From Hyphochytrium catenoides (Eukaryota; Protista; Hyphochytriomycota), in NCBI GenBank assembly GCA_900088475.1, contig FLMG01003815.1:62001-126000 (forward strand): DNA of 64,000 nucleotides, in the 5' to 3' direction. This document shows, piece after piece, positions 62,745-64,000 of this stretch (position 1 is its first letter; the number at the start of each line of letters is the position of its first letter). The translations under genes and the position numbers were made by a program. Under the pieces are notes generated by a model, which ran no database searches, was not told where the DNA came from, and saw nothing but the letters and a program-made list of their open reading frames with translations.

Positions 62745-64000
62745 ATGTGGTCCTGGGTCTCTCAGCCTGCCAAAAAGCCTCGCGAACCAAAGCTAGCTAC
62801 GGGCGACGAGGAACAGGTACACCTCCTCAGAGAGACGCTCCTTGACGAGGATCAGAGCGCGCCATCTGCGGCAAATGGGGTTCAACGGCCGACCAATACC
62901 TCATGGTGCTCTCAGAATTTATCTCGAAGGTTCGGGAGCGCCCGGGACGACCTAAAGCTCCTGCCCATGCCGCTTATCATCCTCTATCTCCTGAACGGCC
63001 TATACCAGTCATTCCCAATGACAGCCTATGGGTAAGTCCACATCGGGTGAGATCCGCCCATTGAGTGTTAACATCATTACTGCCTTTTGTCTTAGGTCTC
63101 TCCTCTTTGAAGATCTGAAGATGGACCCTGCAACGACAACTATCTTTTATGCAGTTACTTTTATTCCTTGGTACTGCAAGCCACTCTACGGCTGGCTATC
63201 TGATAACTTTCCTATCTGTGGACTGAGACGAAGGCCATACATCATAATTTCTGAGCTTGTGGCGATGTGTATGTACGGAGTGACTGCACTATTTATTCAT
63301 TCGGTCCCTGGGATCTATGCAGTTACAATGCTGCGGGCTACTGCCAACGCCTTTTCAGAGCTGATGCTTGGTGCCATCCTGGCTGACATCGTGAGCCATA
63401 GCAGGGAGAAAGCGGGAGCGGTCCAAGCCGTTGCCAGTAGCGCGAGGGCCTTCTCAAGCATTATCGCGTTTTCGTTGGGCATTCCAGTGTACAGCCATAA
63501 CGTGAGCCCTAGGCTCATAATTCTTCTTACAGCTACGGGGCCCCTTGCGGCCGCCTTTACGGCACTCTGGCTAGAAGATTACCCTGTGATGAAGGTACGC
63601 AGCGACCAAGGGAACAGAGTACGGGCTACAGCTTTATCCAGACAATGGACTGTCTGGAAGCCTATCGTACTGCCACTTCTTTTCCTCTTTCTCTACAATG
63701 CAACTCCTACTGCCAGTTCAGCTTGGTTTCAGTACACATATAGTCTCTTCAAAGATGACAAAGCGTGCCTACAATACTCGCTTCTTGTCTCGTCCCTTGC
63801 CAAATTTTTGGCTTGCATGGCGTACGGTATTGGTTGCACGCAGCGGCCCATACACTGGGTTTTTGTCACTACCACGGTGCTCGCCTGTCTGGCGACTCTC
63901 CCCGAATTGCTCCTGGTGCCACCGGTTCGCGATCTGGGTCTAGGAGTCTGTCTCCTAAATACACTGGAAACCTTTATATCATCATTTGCTGGGGAGCTAG
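62745..64000 (+). CDS. Folate-biopterin transporter (BT1/FBT, MFS), 5' part; runs off window end
   Basis: LYLLNGLYQSFPMTAYG|SLLFEDLKMDPA..IPWYCKPLYGWLSDNFPICGLRRRPY is the BT1 signature. One GT-AG intron at ~63032-63096. Confidence 0.9.

Noticed and set aside
1-64000. CRISPR arrays, operons or prokaryotic defence systems
   Set aside because: The sequence is spliced eukaryotic DNA and I saw no regularly spaced repeat-spacer array.

Overview
Intron-rich eukaryotic genomic DNA (about 50% GC, short GT-AG introns, three N gaps). It is most likely a flagellated stramenopile, inferred from the ARF1 sequence type and a C2CD3 centriole gene. About 17 protein-coding genes can be pieced together across exons: prephenate dehydratase (partial), F-box/FIST protein, COPI-associated membrane protein, prolyl 4-hydroxylase, EXO1, an intronless bacterial-type VOC protein, an intronless two-repeat membrane protein, eIF3d, ARF1, C2CD3, NRDE2, ERGIC3, a Baeyer-Villiger monooxygenase, an NAD(P)-binding SDR, a six-domain multicopper oxidase, a ZIP transporter and a folate-biopterin transporter (partial). 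Four signals stand out. (1) The ceruloplasmin-like oxidase has its trinuclear-copper ligands in domains 2/3 rather than 1/6 and sits head-to-head with an intronless ZIP transporter, a candidate iron/metal uptake module. (2) eIF3d introns hold two apparent snoRNAs, one H/ACA and one C/D, with rRNA-complementary guides. (3) Two long G-U-compensated hairpins lie in an intergenic region. (4) Next to them is the probable horizontally acquired VOC gene. Gene ends and exon junctions were read by eye and are approximate, and family assignments come from recalled motifs rather than database searches.
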